From an uncultured Methanomassiliicoccus sp. (GTDB lineage Archaea > Thermoplasmatota > Thermoplasmata > Methanomassiliicoccales > UBA472), in NCBI GenBank assembly GCA_964585915.1, contig CAZPFU010000001.1:119515-183514 (forward strand): a stretch of DNA of 64,000 nucleotides, written 5' to 3'. Of the stretch, positions 1 to 8,578 are shown in pieces. Numbering within the stretch: the stretch's first letter is position 1; the number at the start of each line of letters is the position of its first letter. Made by a program: the position numbers and the translations under genes. Below the pieces are notes generated by a model, which did no database searches, was not told the origin of the DNA, and worked only from the letters and a program-made list of their open reading frames with translations.

Positions 1-1
1 C

Positions 2-1624
2 GTCCTGGCGTCCACGGTCATGGACGTCAACTACATGGTATCGACCCTGCTCTTCGCCCTCCTGATGGGCGTAGGTACGGACTACTCCATATTCATCGTG
101 ACCCGCTACCGGGAGGAGCGGATGAGGGGGGCGGACCGTGAGAAGGCCGTGCATACGGCGCTGACGTGGGCCGGCGAGTCCGTGGCCACCAGCGCATCCA
201 CGGTCATCATCGCGTTCCTGGCCATGGCCACCGCTGACTTCTCGTTCGTGCAGTCCCTTGGCGTCATCATCGCCCTCGCCATAATAATCGCCCTCATGGT
301 GGCGCTCACCCTGATCCCGTCCATCCTCATGCTGGTAGGGAACAGGATATTCTGGCCCACCACCGGGAAGCGCTGGGAGAACTACCGCGATAAGTTCATG
401 GCCAGGAAGGCCGCCGGCAATCACGGCTACTTCCACCAGGCGGCCAGCTTCTCGGTCAAGCACGCCAAGGTCGTTCTGATAGTGGCGGTGCTGGTGACCG
501 TGCCCTCGACCTACATGTTCGTCACCGCCGAGACCAGCTTCGACTTCATCGGGGCCATGGGGGATTCGGAGAGCATAGACGGCATCAAAGCCATGACCGA
601 TGACTTCGGCGCCGGCAGCATCCAGCCGACGCAGATAGTCATCACCGGGGACGTGGTGGTGTACGATGGGAGCACTTTCAACTACGCCTATCTGGACGCG
701 ATAGAGAACATCACCGCGGTCGTGGCGTCGGAATCCGAGGTCCAGAAGGTGACCGGGATCACCCGCCCCTACGGGGAGCTTGTCGACTACCGTAACCTGG
801 ACGCACTGAACGACGAGGAACGGAGCCAGGTCATGTCGGCCATGCTTTCCAACCTGGGAGCGGACAACCGCAGCGTACTGCTGACCGTTATCCTGGCGGA
901 CCAGCCGCAGAGCGCGGGTTCGGTGGAGTTCGTCAGCGCGTTGAGGGGAGACCTGGCAGATGTAAAGGCCGCTGAGCCTCAGCTCGCCGGTTCTGATATC
1001 TACGTCGGAGGCGTAACCGCCGCCCTCTACGACACCGCGGAGTTCACCGACTCCGAGTTCAGGAACGTCGAGATCCTGGTGGTCATAGGCATCTTCATCG
1101 TGCTCATGATCGTCCTCGGCTCGGTGCTGCTGCCGGCGTTCGCGGTCATAACCATCGCCATGAGCATCAGCTGGGCCTTCGCCCTCACCTACCTGGTCTT
1201 CGGCACCATACTCAGCCTGCCGGTGCTGTGGCTGATCCCGCTCATCCTGTTCGTCATGCTGATGGGCATCGGGATCGACTACAACATCTTCATCCTGACC
1301 CGCATACGCGAGGAGATCCACAAGGGCAAGGAGACCAAGGAGGCGGTGGTCGACGCGGTGGACTGGACCGGCGGCATCATAACCGCCCTGGCCCTGATAA
1401 TGGCCGGGGCGTTCGGCGCCATGATGCTCTCCAGCAACGCCATGCTGCAGGAGTTCGGGTTCGCCCTGACCGTAGCCATCCTCCTGGACGCCATGGTCGT
1501 GCGCACCTACATCGTGCCCGCCGGTCTCGCCGTCATGGGCAAGAAGGCCTGGTGGGCCCCCGGCCGCCTGCAGCGGGAGGGGCGCGAGGAGAAGATGCGC
1601 AAGAGGTCCGAGAAGAAGCAATAA
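2..1624 (+). CDS. MMPL-family (RND superfamily) membrane transporter; N-terminus lies outside the window
   Basis: Frame is open back to position 2. Two MMPL-type signatures (GTDYSIFIVTRYREE and GIGIDYNIFILTRIREE) each sit in a multi-TM block, separated by a large soluble loop. TAA stop at 1622-1624. Confidence 0.85.
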   Translation, partial: VLASTVMDVNYMVSTLLFALLMGVGTDYSIFIVTRYREERMRGADREKAVHTALTWAGESVATSASTVIIAFLAMATADFSFVQSLGVIIALAIIIALMVALTLIPSILMLVGNRIFWPTTGKRWENYRDKFMARKAAGNHGYFHQAASFSVKHAKVVLIVAVLVTVPSTYMFVTAETSFDFIGAMGDSESIDGIKAMTDDFGAGSIQPTQIVITGDVVVYDGSTFNYAYLDAIENITAVVASESEVQKVTGITRPYGELVDYRNLDALNDEERSQVMSAMLSNLGADNRSVLLTVILADQPQSAGSVEFVSALRGDLADVKAAEPQLAGSDIYVGGVTAALYDTAEFTDSEFRNVEILVVIGIFIVLMIVLGSVLLPAFAVITIAMSISWAFALTYLVFGTILSLPVLWLIPLILFVMLMGIGIDYNIFILTRIREEIHKGKETKEAVVDAVDWTGGIITALALIMAGAFGAMMLSSNAMLQEFGFALTVAILLDAMVVRTYIVPAGLAVMGKKAWWAPGRLQREGREEKMRKRSEKKQ

Positions 1625-1633
1625 ACGCCAACC

Positions 1634-1668
1634 AGGGCGGCCGGTCCGGCCGCCCTGCTTCCTTTTTT
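1634..1668 (+). terminator. Stem-loop plus oligo-T just downstream of the MMPL gene
   Basis: Perfect 11-bp inverted repeat AGGGCGGCCGG / CCGGCCGCCCT (1634-1656), followed by GCTTCCTTTTTT with a T6 run at 1663-1668. It begins 10 nt after the stop codon. Confidence 0.55.
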
Positions 1669-1745
1669 AGTATGCCAATCCTTGTCAATCATACCTTAAA
1701 TCCTATGCAGGCGTTCCTGGAACGTTCGTCAACAAAGGTGTTCCC

Positions 1746-2708
1746 TTGAACAAGAAGATCATGGTCCTGGGCGCCACCGGCCAGATAGGCTCGGAGCTCA
1801 TCCTGGAGCTGAGGAAGAGGTTCGGCGGGAAGAACGTCATCGGCGTCGGTCACAGCCGGACGCCCTCCCAGGAGTTCCTGGGGTCGGGACCTTACGAGAC
1901 CGGCAACGTCCTGGACGTCAAGCGCGTGGCGGAGCTCTGCGATAAGCATGACGTGGGGACGATCTATCACCTGGCGGCCGTCCTTTCCGGAGTGGGCGAA
2001 AAGGACCCCCAGTTCGCCTGGGACCTCAACATGAACGGCCTGATCAACGTCCTGGAGGTGGCGAGGGAACGCAACATCAAGGTGTTCTGGCCCTCTTCGA
2101 TCGCTGTCTTCGGCAACAACTGTCCTCACATCAATACCCCGCAGGACACCGTTCTGCAGCCGACCACTATGTACGGGGTGACCAAGGTGGCCGGCGAACT
2201 GCTGTGCGATTATTACCACCGCAAGTACGGCGTGGACGTAAGGAGCGTCCGTTACGCGGGCATAATCAGCGCGGAGACCCTGCCTGGCGGAGGCACCACC
2301 GATTACGCGGTGGCCATATTCTACGGAGCGGTGCGCGCCAACCGTTACACCTGCTTTGTGAACGAGCGAACGGTGCTTCCGATGATGTACATGCCCGACT
2401 GCATCAACGCCGCCATCGGGATCATGGATGCGCCATCGGAAAGATTGACCACCAGGCTGGGATACAACCTCAACGGTCTGAGCTTCTCCGCGGCCGAGCT
2501 CGCCGATATCGTCAAAGAACGCAGCCCGGGATTCGCCATAAGCTACCAACCGGACTTCCGTCAGGCGATAGCGGACTCCTGGCCGGACTCCATGGACGAT
2601 TCCCGCGCCGCGCGGGACTGGGGTTGGAAGGCCGAGTGGGGCTTGGAACGCCTGGCCGACGACATGTTCGCCAAGCTGAGGAAGAGGAAGGAAGCCGGAA
2701 GCCTCTGA
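1746..2708 (+). CDS. tdh: L-threonine 3-dehydrogenase, extended-SDR (UDP-glucose 4-epimerase-like) type
   Basis: N-terminal Rossmann motif VLGATGQIGSEL and YGVTK (YxxxK) catalytic motif. Overall layout resembles short-chain TDH of Thermoplasma/Flavobacterium type. A kbl partner lies at 7076-8269. TTG start per the ORF track. Confidence 0.7.
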   Translation: MNKKIMVLGATGQIGSELILELRKRFGGKNVIGVGHSRTPSQEFLGSGPYETGNVLDVKRVAELCDKHDVGTIYHLAAVLSGVGEKDPQFAWDLNMNGLINVLEVARERNIKVFWPSSIAVFGNNCPHINTPQDTVLQPTTMYGVTKVAGELLCDYYHRKYGVDVRSVRYAGIISAETLPGGGTTDYAVAIFYGAVRANRYTCFVNERTVLPMMYMPDCINAAIGIMDAPSERLTTRLGYNLNGLSFSAAELADIVKERSPGFAISYQPDFRQAIADSWPDSMDDSRAARDWGWKAEWGLERLADDMFAKLRKRKEAGSL

Positions 2709-2710
2709 GC

Positions 2711-3484
2711 TCACTTCAGCCCGTGATCGTGGGGGACCGCCTTCCGGTCGTCCATATGCCTCAGGGCATGGGCGTCGCCCAAGGACGGTACCACCAGCGG
2801 GACGCCGTCGTGGTTTATGACCTTGGCCTCCATGCCGTACACCTCCCGGATGAGCCCGGCGTTGATTATCGAGGGGGGTCCGCGCGCGAAGATGCGTCCT
2901 CCCTTCATGAAAAGGACCTCGTCGGAACAGTATGCGGCCAGGTTGATGTCGTGCATGGTCATTATGGTGCATATCCGGCGCTGGCGGACATTGTCCACCA
3001 GCAGCCTCATGACCATGTGCTGGTTGGCCACGTCCAAGCTGCTGGTCGGTTCGTCCAGCACCAGCACCTTGGCCTCCTGGACCATGGCCCGGGCGATCTG
3101 CACCTTCTGGAACTCCCCTCCGCTTATCTCATCGACGTTGCGCATGGCCAGGTCGCCCAGGCCCACCGCCTTTATGACGTCCCTGGTGACGGCCATGTCC
3201 TTCTTGCTGAGCGTCCAGCTCATGTGCGGCCGGCGGCCGATGAGCACCGAGTCGAACACCGTGGTGCGGGTGGCCGAGGAGCGCTGCGGCACATAGCTTA
3301 TCAGTCTGGCCACCTCCATGCGGCTCAGCCCCTTGACCAGCTTGTCGTCCACGGACACCTTGCCCGAGTCGGGCCGGAGGATGCCGCACATGCACTTGAG
3401 CAGGGTGGTCTTCCCCACCCCGTTCGGACCGAGGATGGAGACTATATGATCGTCCTTTCCCTCGAAGGAGACGCCGTCCAGCAC
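2711..3484 (-). CDS. ABC importer ATP-binding subunit (FepC/BtuD-like). The conserved N-terminus continues upstream of the first canonical start codon.
   Basis: Walker A GPNGVGKTT, signature ISGGEFQ, Walker B VLVLDEPTS, H-loop MTMHD. The in-frame upstream codons SIRVEDLSFAYNGRK (3485-3529) look like the usual A-loop strand (see finding). Confidence 0.85.
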   Translation of the reverse strand: MLDGVSFEGKDDHIVSILGPNGVGKTTLLKCMCGILRPDSGKVSVDDKLVKGLSRMEVARLISYVPQRSSATRTTVFDSVLIGRRPHMSWTLSKKDMAVTRDVIKAVGLGDLAMRNVDEISGGEFQKVQIARAMVQEAKVLVLDEPTSSLDVANQHMVMRLLVDNVRQRRICTIMTMHDINLAAYCSDEVLFMKGGRIFARGPPSIINAGLIREVYGMEAKVINHDGVPLVVPSLGDAHALRHMDDRKAVPHDHGLK

Positions 3485-3515
3485 CTTCCGGCCGTTGTAG
3501 GCGAAGGAGAGGTCC

Positions 3516-4715
3516 TCAACCCTGATCGACGTTGCGATACCCCCTGATGAGTATGTAGATGAAAAGCGGCCCTCCGATGAAGGAGGTGATTATCCCCACC
3601 GGCACGATGAAGCTCGGGTAGCCTGAACCGAATAGCCAGTTGAGCAGGTCGCCCATGTTGCGGCCCACGGTGTCCGAGACCAGCAGCACCAATGCCCCCA
3701 GCAGAGCGGAGCCGGGGACCAGGAAGCGGTGGTCCCCGCCTATGACCCGGCGGACGATGTGCGGGGCCAGCAGCCCCACGAACCCGATTATGCCCACGAA
3801 GGAGACCGCCACGGCGGTGAGCAGGGAGGCCAGCACCATACTGGTTATGCGTATCCAGTCCGTGTTCACCCCCAGTCCCTTGGCCACCTCGTCCCCGGTG
3901 TCCAGGGCGTTGTAGTCCCAGCGCTTCCAGATGAAGAAGGCCATGATCAACAGCACGGTGAAGGCCATTATGGTGTTCTGCTCCCAGTTTATCTTGCCCA
4001 GGTCCCCGAACTGCCAGTAGACGATGTTGGCCAGGGCGCTGTCGTTGGAGAAGTACTGCAGGGCGGCCAGCCCGGCGCCGAAGATGGAGCTGATGGCCAC
4101 GCCCGTTAGGACCATGGCCTCGGGGGACACCTTGGTGACCTTGACCAGTATGATGATTATCAGGGTGGCCACCATGGCCGCGGCGAAGGCGCTGCCGGTG
4201 ACCAGGTATGGATCGTCGATGTAGGTGGTGGTGACCGACTGTCCCAGCACCGTGCCCCCGCCCAGCAGGATGATGCCCACCGCGGCCCCGAAGGCGGCGG
4301 CGTTGGAGATGCCCAGGGTGAACGGGGAACCGAGCGGATTGCGCAGCACGCACTGCATTATCGTTCCCGAGGCGCCCAGGGCGGCCCCCACCAGGACCGC
4401 GGCTACTATGCGCGGGAGGCGCAGGTTCCAGATTATGCGGTCCGCGGTGCTGTCCTGGTTGTTGAAGATCGAGGCCATCGCCTCCCAGAACGTTATATGG
4501 TAAGGACCGACCGTGGAGGCGTAGACGGCGATGAGCAGGATCGCCGCGGCCAGACCGACCAGGAACAGCAGCTTCAGGCTGATGTGCCTGAGGTACCTGG
4601 AGAGTTCGTCCCCCTCGTTCACCGTGGCGTCCTTGTCCGTTCGATCCACTCCTGTCTTCTCCGCATCCATGGGCATTGCGCAGCGCTTTCCTAAGGTGGC
4701 AAGGTAGAATAACAT
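3516..4715 (-). CDS. FecCD/BtuC-family ABC importer permease
   Basis: About 9-10 TM segments with typical FecCD sequence blocks (RIVAAVLVGAALGASG, NPLGSPFTLGIS, GIIGFVGLLAPHIVR). Alternative ATG starts at 4676 and 4670. Confidence 0.85.
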   Translation of the reverse strand: MLFYLATLGKRCAMPMDAEKTGVDRTDKDATVNEGDELSRYLRHISLKLLFLVGLAAAILLIAVYASTVGPYHITFWEAMASIFNNQDSTADRIIWNLRLPRIVAAVLVGAALGASGTIMQCVLRNPLGSPFTLGISNAAAFGAAVGIILLGGGTVLGQSVTTTYIDDPYLVTGSAFAAAMVATLIIIILVKVTKVSPEAMVLTGVAISSIFGAGLAALQYFSNDSALANIVYWQFGDLGKINWEQNTIMAFTVLLIMAFFIWKRWDYNALDTGDEVAKGLGVNTDWIRITSMVLASLLTAVAVSFVGIIGFVGLLAPHIVRRVIGGDHRFLVPGSALLGALVLLVSDTVGRNMGDLLNWLFGSGYPSFIVPVGIITSFIGGPLFIYILIRGYRNVDQG

Positions 4716-4822
4716 TTCCTAGAGATTCTTATGCAGCGACGTTCCTTTTTCTGATGGCCTGGTGGGGAAAGGGACCGGAGGCGGCACGTTCCGCCCCCGG
4801 TCGTTCAGGAGGATAGATCGTT

Positions 4823-6049
4823 TCAGCCTGATACCACGCTGGCCTGCCCGGTGATATGAGTGCTGCGGTTCTCCAGGAACCAGGCGTCCATATCCGCATA
4901 GCAGTCGTGACCGACGAAGGCCCCGAAGATCTCCGCGGCCTTGTCCTCCATGTCCACATCGTCGAACGCCTCCGGGTACAGCACCGAGCCTATGTAGTAT
5001 GCACCGAGCAGCACGTTGTCGAAGTTCACCCCGTACCAGATGAACGGCACGGTCATGAAGACGTTACCCTCCTGGAAGGCGGTCATGGCGTTCAGGACGG
5101 AACTGGAACGGGCCGAGGACCCGTTGTTCCAGTCCGCCAGGAAGGTCTTGTACCCGGTGGGGTCCAGGAAGACGTAGTCAGGCTGCTTCTCGATGATGTT
5201 CTCCATGTTGATCTGGTACACCACGCTGGAGCCGCCGGTGATGGTGTTGTTCACCCCCAGCAGGGCGAACGGGTCGTACCAGGAGGAGGAGTAGTCGAAT
5301 CCCTTGGCGCCGGCGTACGACAGGCAGCCGATGTAGGCGCTGACGTCCTTGTCCGATGCGCTCACCGCGGACATGCGGGAACGGAGGTCGGAGATGGTCT
5401 CGTTCATGAAGGAGAGCAGCTCGGAGGCCCTCGCGGTCTTGTTCAGAACGTTGCCCATGAGCATGGTCTGGTTGACGAACACCCCGCTGAGGCCGTCCGA
5501 GGCCTGGTCGAGCATGGTGTCCAGTTCCAGGATGACCACCACCTTCATGCCCAAGGCCTCGACGTTGGATATGTAGTTCTGCTGCTCGGCCGTGAGCGTC
5601 CGGGAGGGTACGCTGTATATGATGACCTGAGGGGTGTGCTCCAGCATCAGCAGTTGCTCCGGGTACTCTATGAGCCCGTCGGCCCCGCTGCCGATGGAGC
5701 GATTGAACTTTGATGCGTTATCGTACTCGAAGGCGTACATGTAGGACTTGGCGTTGTAGGCCGGTCCCTCCCTGGCCTCCACCGCCACGACCTTGTCGGA
5801 GCAGTTCAGGTAGGAGACGAAACGCAGAGCTCCCACCCCGGACGCCACCAGGTGGTCGATCTCCATCTCCACCACCGCGGTGACGTTCCTGCCGGCCATG
5901 TCATAGTAAAGGGCCGGACCGTCATCCTGTTCTTCCTCTTCCCCACCCATCATCACGAACACTGCGGCGCCGATGACTATAACGACCACGGCCACCGCCA
6001 GGACCTTAATGAGAACGCTCTTGTTCATCGTACTTGCATCCTCAACCAA
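4823..6049 (-). CDS. Membrane-anchored ABC substrate-binding protein, periplasmic-binding-protein (siderophore/cobalamin) class
   Basis: N-terminal TM anchor (VLIKVLAVAVVVIVIGAAVFV) followed by an acidic linker. It sits upstream of the permease and ATPase on the same strand. Likely start MNKS at 6028. Confidence 0.65.
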   Translation of the reverse strand: MVEDASTMNKSVLIKVLAVAVVVIVIGAAVFVMMGGEEEEQDDGPALYYDMAGRNVTAVVEMEIDHLVASGVGALRFVSYLNCSDKVVAVEAREGPAYNAKSYMYAFEYDNASKFNRSIGSGADGLIEYPEQLLMLEHTPQVIIYSVPSRTLTAEQQNYISNVEALGMKVVVILELDTMLDQASDGLSGVFVNQTMLMGNVLNKTARASELLSFMNETISDLRSRMSAVSASDKDVSAYIGCLSYAGAKGFDYSSSWYDPFALLGVNNTITGGSSVVYQINMENIIEKQPDYVFLDPTGYKTFLADWNNGSSARSSSVLNAMTAFQEGNVFMTVPFIWYGVNFDNVLLGAYYIGSVLYPEAFDDVDMEDKAAEIFGAFVGHDCYADMDAWFLENRSTHITGQASVVSG

Positions 6050-6168
6050 ATATTAAGTGTTATCTTTTTAAAAAAAGTGTTACTACTATGTTCTTCATTT
6101 TACACGTATCGAAAGGGCGTCCTCACGGACCGGGCGCGGGCTCGGACCATCCCTTTTTATGGACACGC

Positions 6169-7005
6169 ATGGATGGGGAGCGGATGACCGATTGGGAGGA
6201 GGAATGGCGGGCCGCACATGAGCGTTCGCCGGTGAGGACCACCCCGCAGAACGAGCGCTTATGGCGAGAGTTCTGGAGCCAGGACTCCGAGTATTACCTT
6301 CGGGAATCGAAGGCCGAGACCGTCTTCTTCGAGAAGGTGGTGGAGCGCATGGCCGAGGTGGGTTGGCTGCGCCCGGGCGACGCGGTCCTGGACGTGGGAT
6401 GCGGACCGGGGACCCTGGCCCTGCCCATCTCCCGCCGGGTTCGGGAGGTCCATGCCCTGGACGAGGCGGAAGGTATGCTGGAAACCTTGCGGGAGGAATG
6501 CGTCCGCCAGGGGATCTCCAACCTCAGCACCGTGCTCAGCCCGTGGAAGGACCACTCCGCTCCCGGAGCTTACGACCTGGTGATGGCCTCGCTGAGCCCG
6601 GCCATAAGGAGCGGGGCGGACCTGCTGGCCATGGAGAGGGCCTCCCGGGACCGCTGCTGCCTGATCGTCCCCTGCCCCAGCGACACCATGGCCACCCGGA
6701 ACGAGCTGTGGGAGATGGTGGTGGGTGAGTTTCGCCCTAGCGATGCCTACAGTTCCAAGTATCCCTTGAACGTGCTCAGGGGCAGAGGGCGCGAGCCCGT
6801 ATCCCATAGGGTGACCGGGGAGGTGGAGTACCGGCGCCCCACGCGTGATGTGATCGACCACTACCTCCGCTACTTCCGCATATTCACCGAGATGACCCGG
6901 GAGAAGGAGGAGAAGGTCAGACGGCACTTCATCTCCCGCTCGGTGGACGGGTTCGACATCAGCCGGAGCGGCAAATGCCTGGAACTGATCTGCTGGAAGG
7001 TGTGA
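6169..7005 (+). CDS. Class I SAM-dependent methyltransferase
   Basis: SAM-binding motif VLDVGCGPGTLAL followed by an acidic loop (VHALDEAEGM). The ORF-track start at 6034 lies in the AT-rich promoter region. ATG at 6169 or 6184 is more plausible. Confidence 0.7.
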   Translation: MDGERMTDWEEEWRAAHERSPVRTTPQNERLWREFWSQDSEYYLRESKAETVFFEKVVERMAEVGWLRPGDAVLDVGCGPGTLALPISRRVREVHALDEAEGMLETLREECVRQGISNLSTVLSPWKDHSAPGAYDLVMASLSPAIRSGADLLAMERASRDRCCLIVPCPSDTMATRNELWEMVVGEFRPSDAYSSKYPLNVLRGRGREPVSHRVTGEVEYRRPTRDVIDHYLRYFRIFTEMTREKEEKVRRHFISRSVDGFDISRSGKCLELICWKV

Positions 7006-7075
7006 TCGGTCCGTTGAAGCGCCATCGGAAAGGTTATTCGAGGCCAGGGTCATTCCGTGCATCGGAGCAAATGCC

Positions 7076-8269
7076 ATGAGAGACCCCACCTCGTTCCTCA
7101 GGAAGGAGTACCAGGACCTTGTAGATCAGTCATTGGATTGGCGCATAGCGAAACTGCAGGGTGCGAGCACGCCCTGGTGCAACGTCGACGGGAAGAGGGT
7201 GCTCATGTTCTGCTCGAACAATTACCTCAGCCTGAGCAACCACCCGCACATGAAGGAGCTGGCCAAGAGGGCGGTGGACACGCACGGCGTCGGTTCCGGC
7301 TCGGTCCGGCCTATAGCCGGAACGATGGACCTGCACCTGGAGCTGGAGGAGCGCTTGGCCAAGTTCAAGCGGAGGCCTGCCTCGCTGGTTTATCAAACAG
7401 GCTTCGCCGCCAATTCCGGGCTGATCCCTCAGCTGGCCGGGAAGGGAGATCTGATCATCTCCGACGAACTGAACCACGGCAGTATAATCGACGGCGTACG
7501 CCTCACGTCCGCGGACAGGGCTATATACAGGCACTGCGACACGGACGATCTGGCCCTGAAGCTGGAGGAGGCGGAGCGCAAGGAACCCGCATATCGCCGC
7601 ATACTGATCATCACGGACGGGGTGTTCTCCATGGACGGGGACATGGCGCCCCTGGACAGGATCGCGAAATTGGCCAAGGACCATGGAGCGATGCTGTACG
7701 TGGACGACGCGCACGGGGAAGGGGTGCTGGGCGAGGGCGGTCGCGGCATAGTCTCGCACTTCGGCCTGGACCATAACGACGTGCAGGTGGAGATGGGCAC
7801 CTTCTCCAAAGCGTTCGGCGTAGTCGGCGGACACGTGTCCGGCTCTCAGGACCTCAAGAACTTCGCATTGAACAAGTCCCGCACCTGGCTGCTCAGCGGC
7901 TCGCACCCTCCGGCGGTGGCCGCCGCCTGCATAGGGGCGATCGACGTTCTGGAGAACGAGCCGCAGCACGTGCGGAACCTTTGGAAGAGGACGGACAGCT
8001 TCCGCAAGGCCATGCAGGACCTGGGCTTCGATACTGGACGTTCGGTGACGCCGATCATCCCGATCATGGTGGGCGAGAGCGCTAAAGCGAAACGGCTGAG
8101 CGAGAGGCTGTATCAGGAAGGCATATTCGCCCTGCCGATCGTCTTCCCGATGGTGGCCAAGGACAAGGCTCGTATTCGCACGATAATGAACGCCGCTCTG
8201 AGCGAAGAGGACCTGGCCTTCGCCATTGGCAAGTTCGAGAAGATCGGGAAGGAACTGGAGATCATCTGA
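7076..8269 (+). CDS. kbl: Glycine C-acetyltransferase (2-amino-3-ketobutyrate CoA ligase), PLP-dependent alpha-oxoamine synthase family
   Basis: NNYLSL, SDELNHGSIIDG, DDAHGEG and the PLP-lysine motif GTFSKAFG. Size 397 aa. A tdh gene lies nearby. Confidence 0.85.
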   Translation: MRDPTSFLRKEYQDLVDQSLDWRIAKLQGASTPWCNVDGKRVLMFCSNNYLSLSNHPHMKELAKRAVDTHGVGSGSVRPIAGTMDLHLELEERLAKFKRRPASLVYQTGFAANSGLIPQLAGKGDLIISDELNHGSIIDGVRLTSADRAIYRHCDTDDLALKLEEAERKEPAYRRILIITDGVFSMDGDMAPLDRIAKLAKDHGAMLYVDDAHGEGVLGEGGRGIVSHFGLDHNDVQVEMGTFSKAFGVVGGHVSGSQDLKNFALNKSRTWLLSGSHPPAVAAACIGAIDVLENEPQHVRNLWKRTDSFRKAMQDLGFDTGRSVTPIIPIMVGESAKAKRLSERLYQEGIFALPIVFPMVAKDKARIRTIMNAALSEEDLAFAIGKFEKIGKELEII

Positions 8270-8427
8270 TCTCGCGGTCAGGCATGGGCGAGCCCCGCCC
8301 CTTCGTTCTCCAGACACCGAACATCTGGTCAGAGGTTCCCGTTCCTTGTTCCTGCCGGTGCGCAAGGCATCGGATCTCGTCCATCAGGGCCGCTCTTTAC
8401 AGCCGATGGAAAGCGTCAGGGAAAGGG

Positions 8428-8571
8428 TTAATTTTATAGTAGTACATATTATTAATTAATCATTTTTTAGGCATATACAATAGTAATTTGAAAATACCTA
8501 GATGTTTGACTAATAAATTCATATAAAAACAACAAGCGTCTATGCAGTCCCCCTCAAACGGCTTTAGGTGA
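8428..8571 (+). promoter_or_regulatory. Extremely AT-rich promoter block upstream of the FAD-oxidase/glutamate-synthase-like cluster
   Basis: About 110 nt of near-pure A/T in a GC-rich genome. Contains the 10-bp palindrome ATTAATTAAT (8451-8460), TATA-like TTCATATAAAAAC (8518-8530) and SD-like AGGTGA (8566-8571), 8 nt before the ATG at 8579. Confidence 0.4.
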
Positions 8572-8578
8572 GATCACG

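Noticed and set aside
1689-2972. Long antisense or off-frame ORFs throughout the track (for example 1689-2972 -, 2204-3547 +, 7130-8365 -, 10100-11863 -, 13815-15416 -, 30057-31040 +, 46602-47999 +, 52878-54821 +).
   Set aside because: Their translations are Arg/Gly/Pro/His-rich and low-complexity. That is typical of wrong-frame reading of GC-rich coding DNA. Each lies opposite or out of frame to a gene with clear family motifs.
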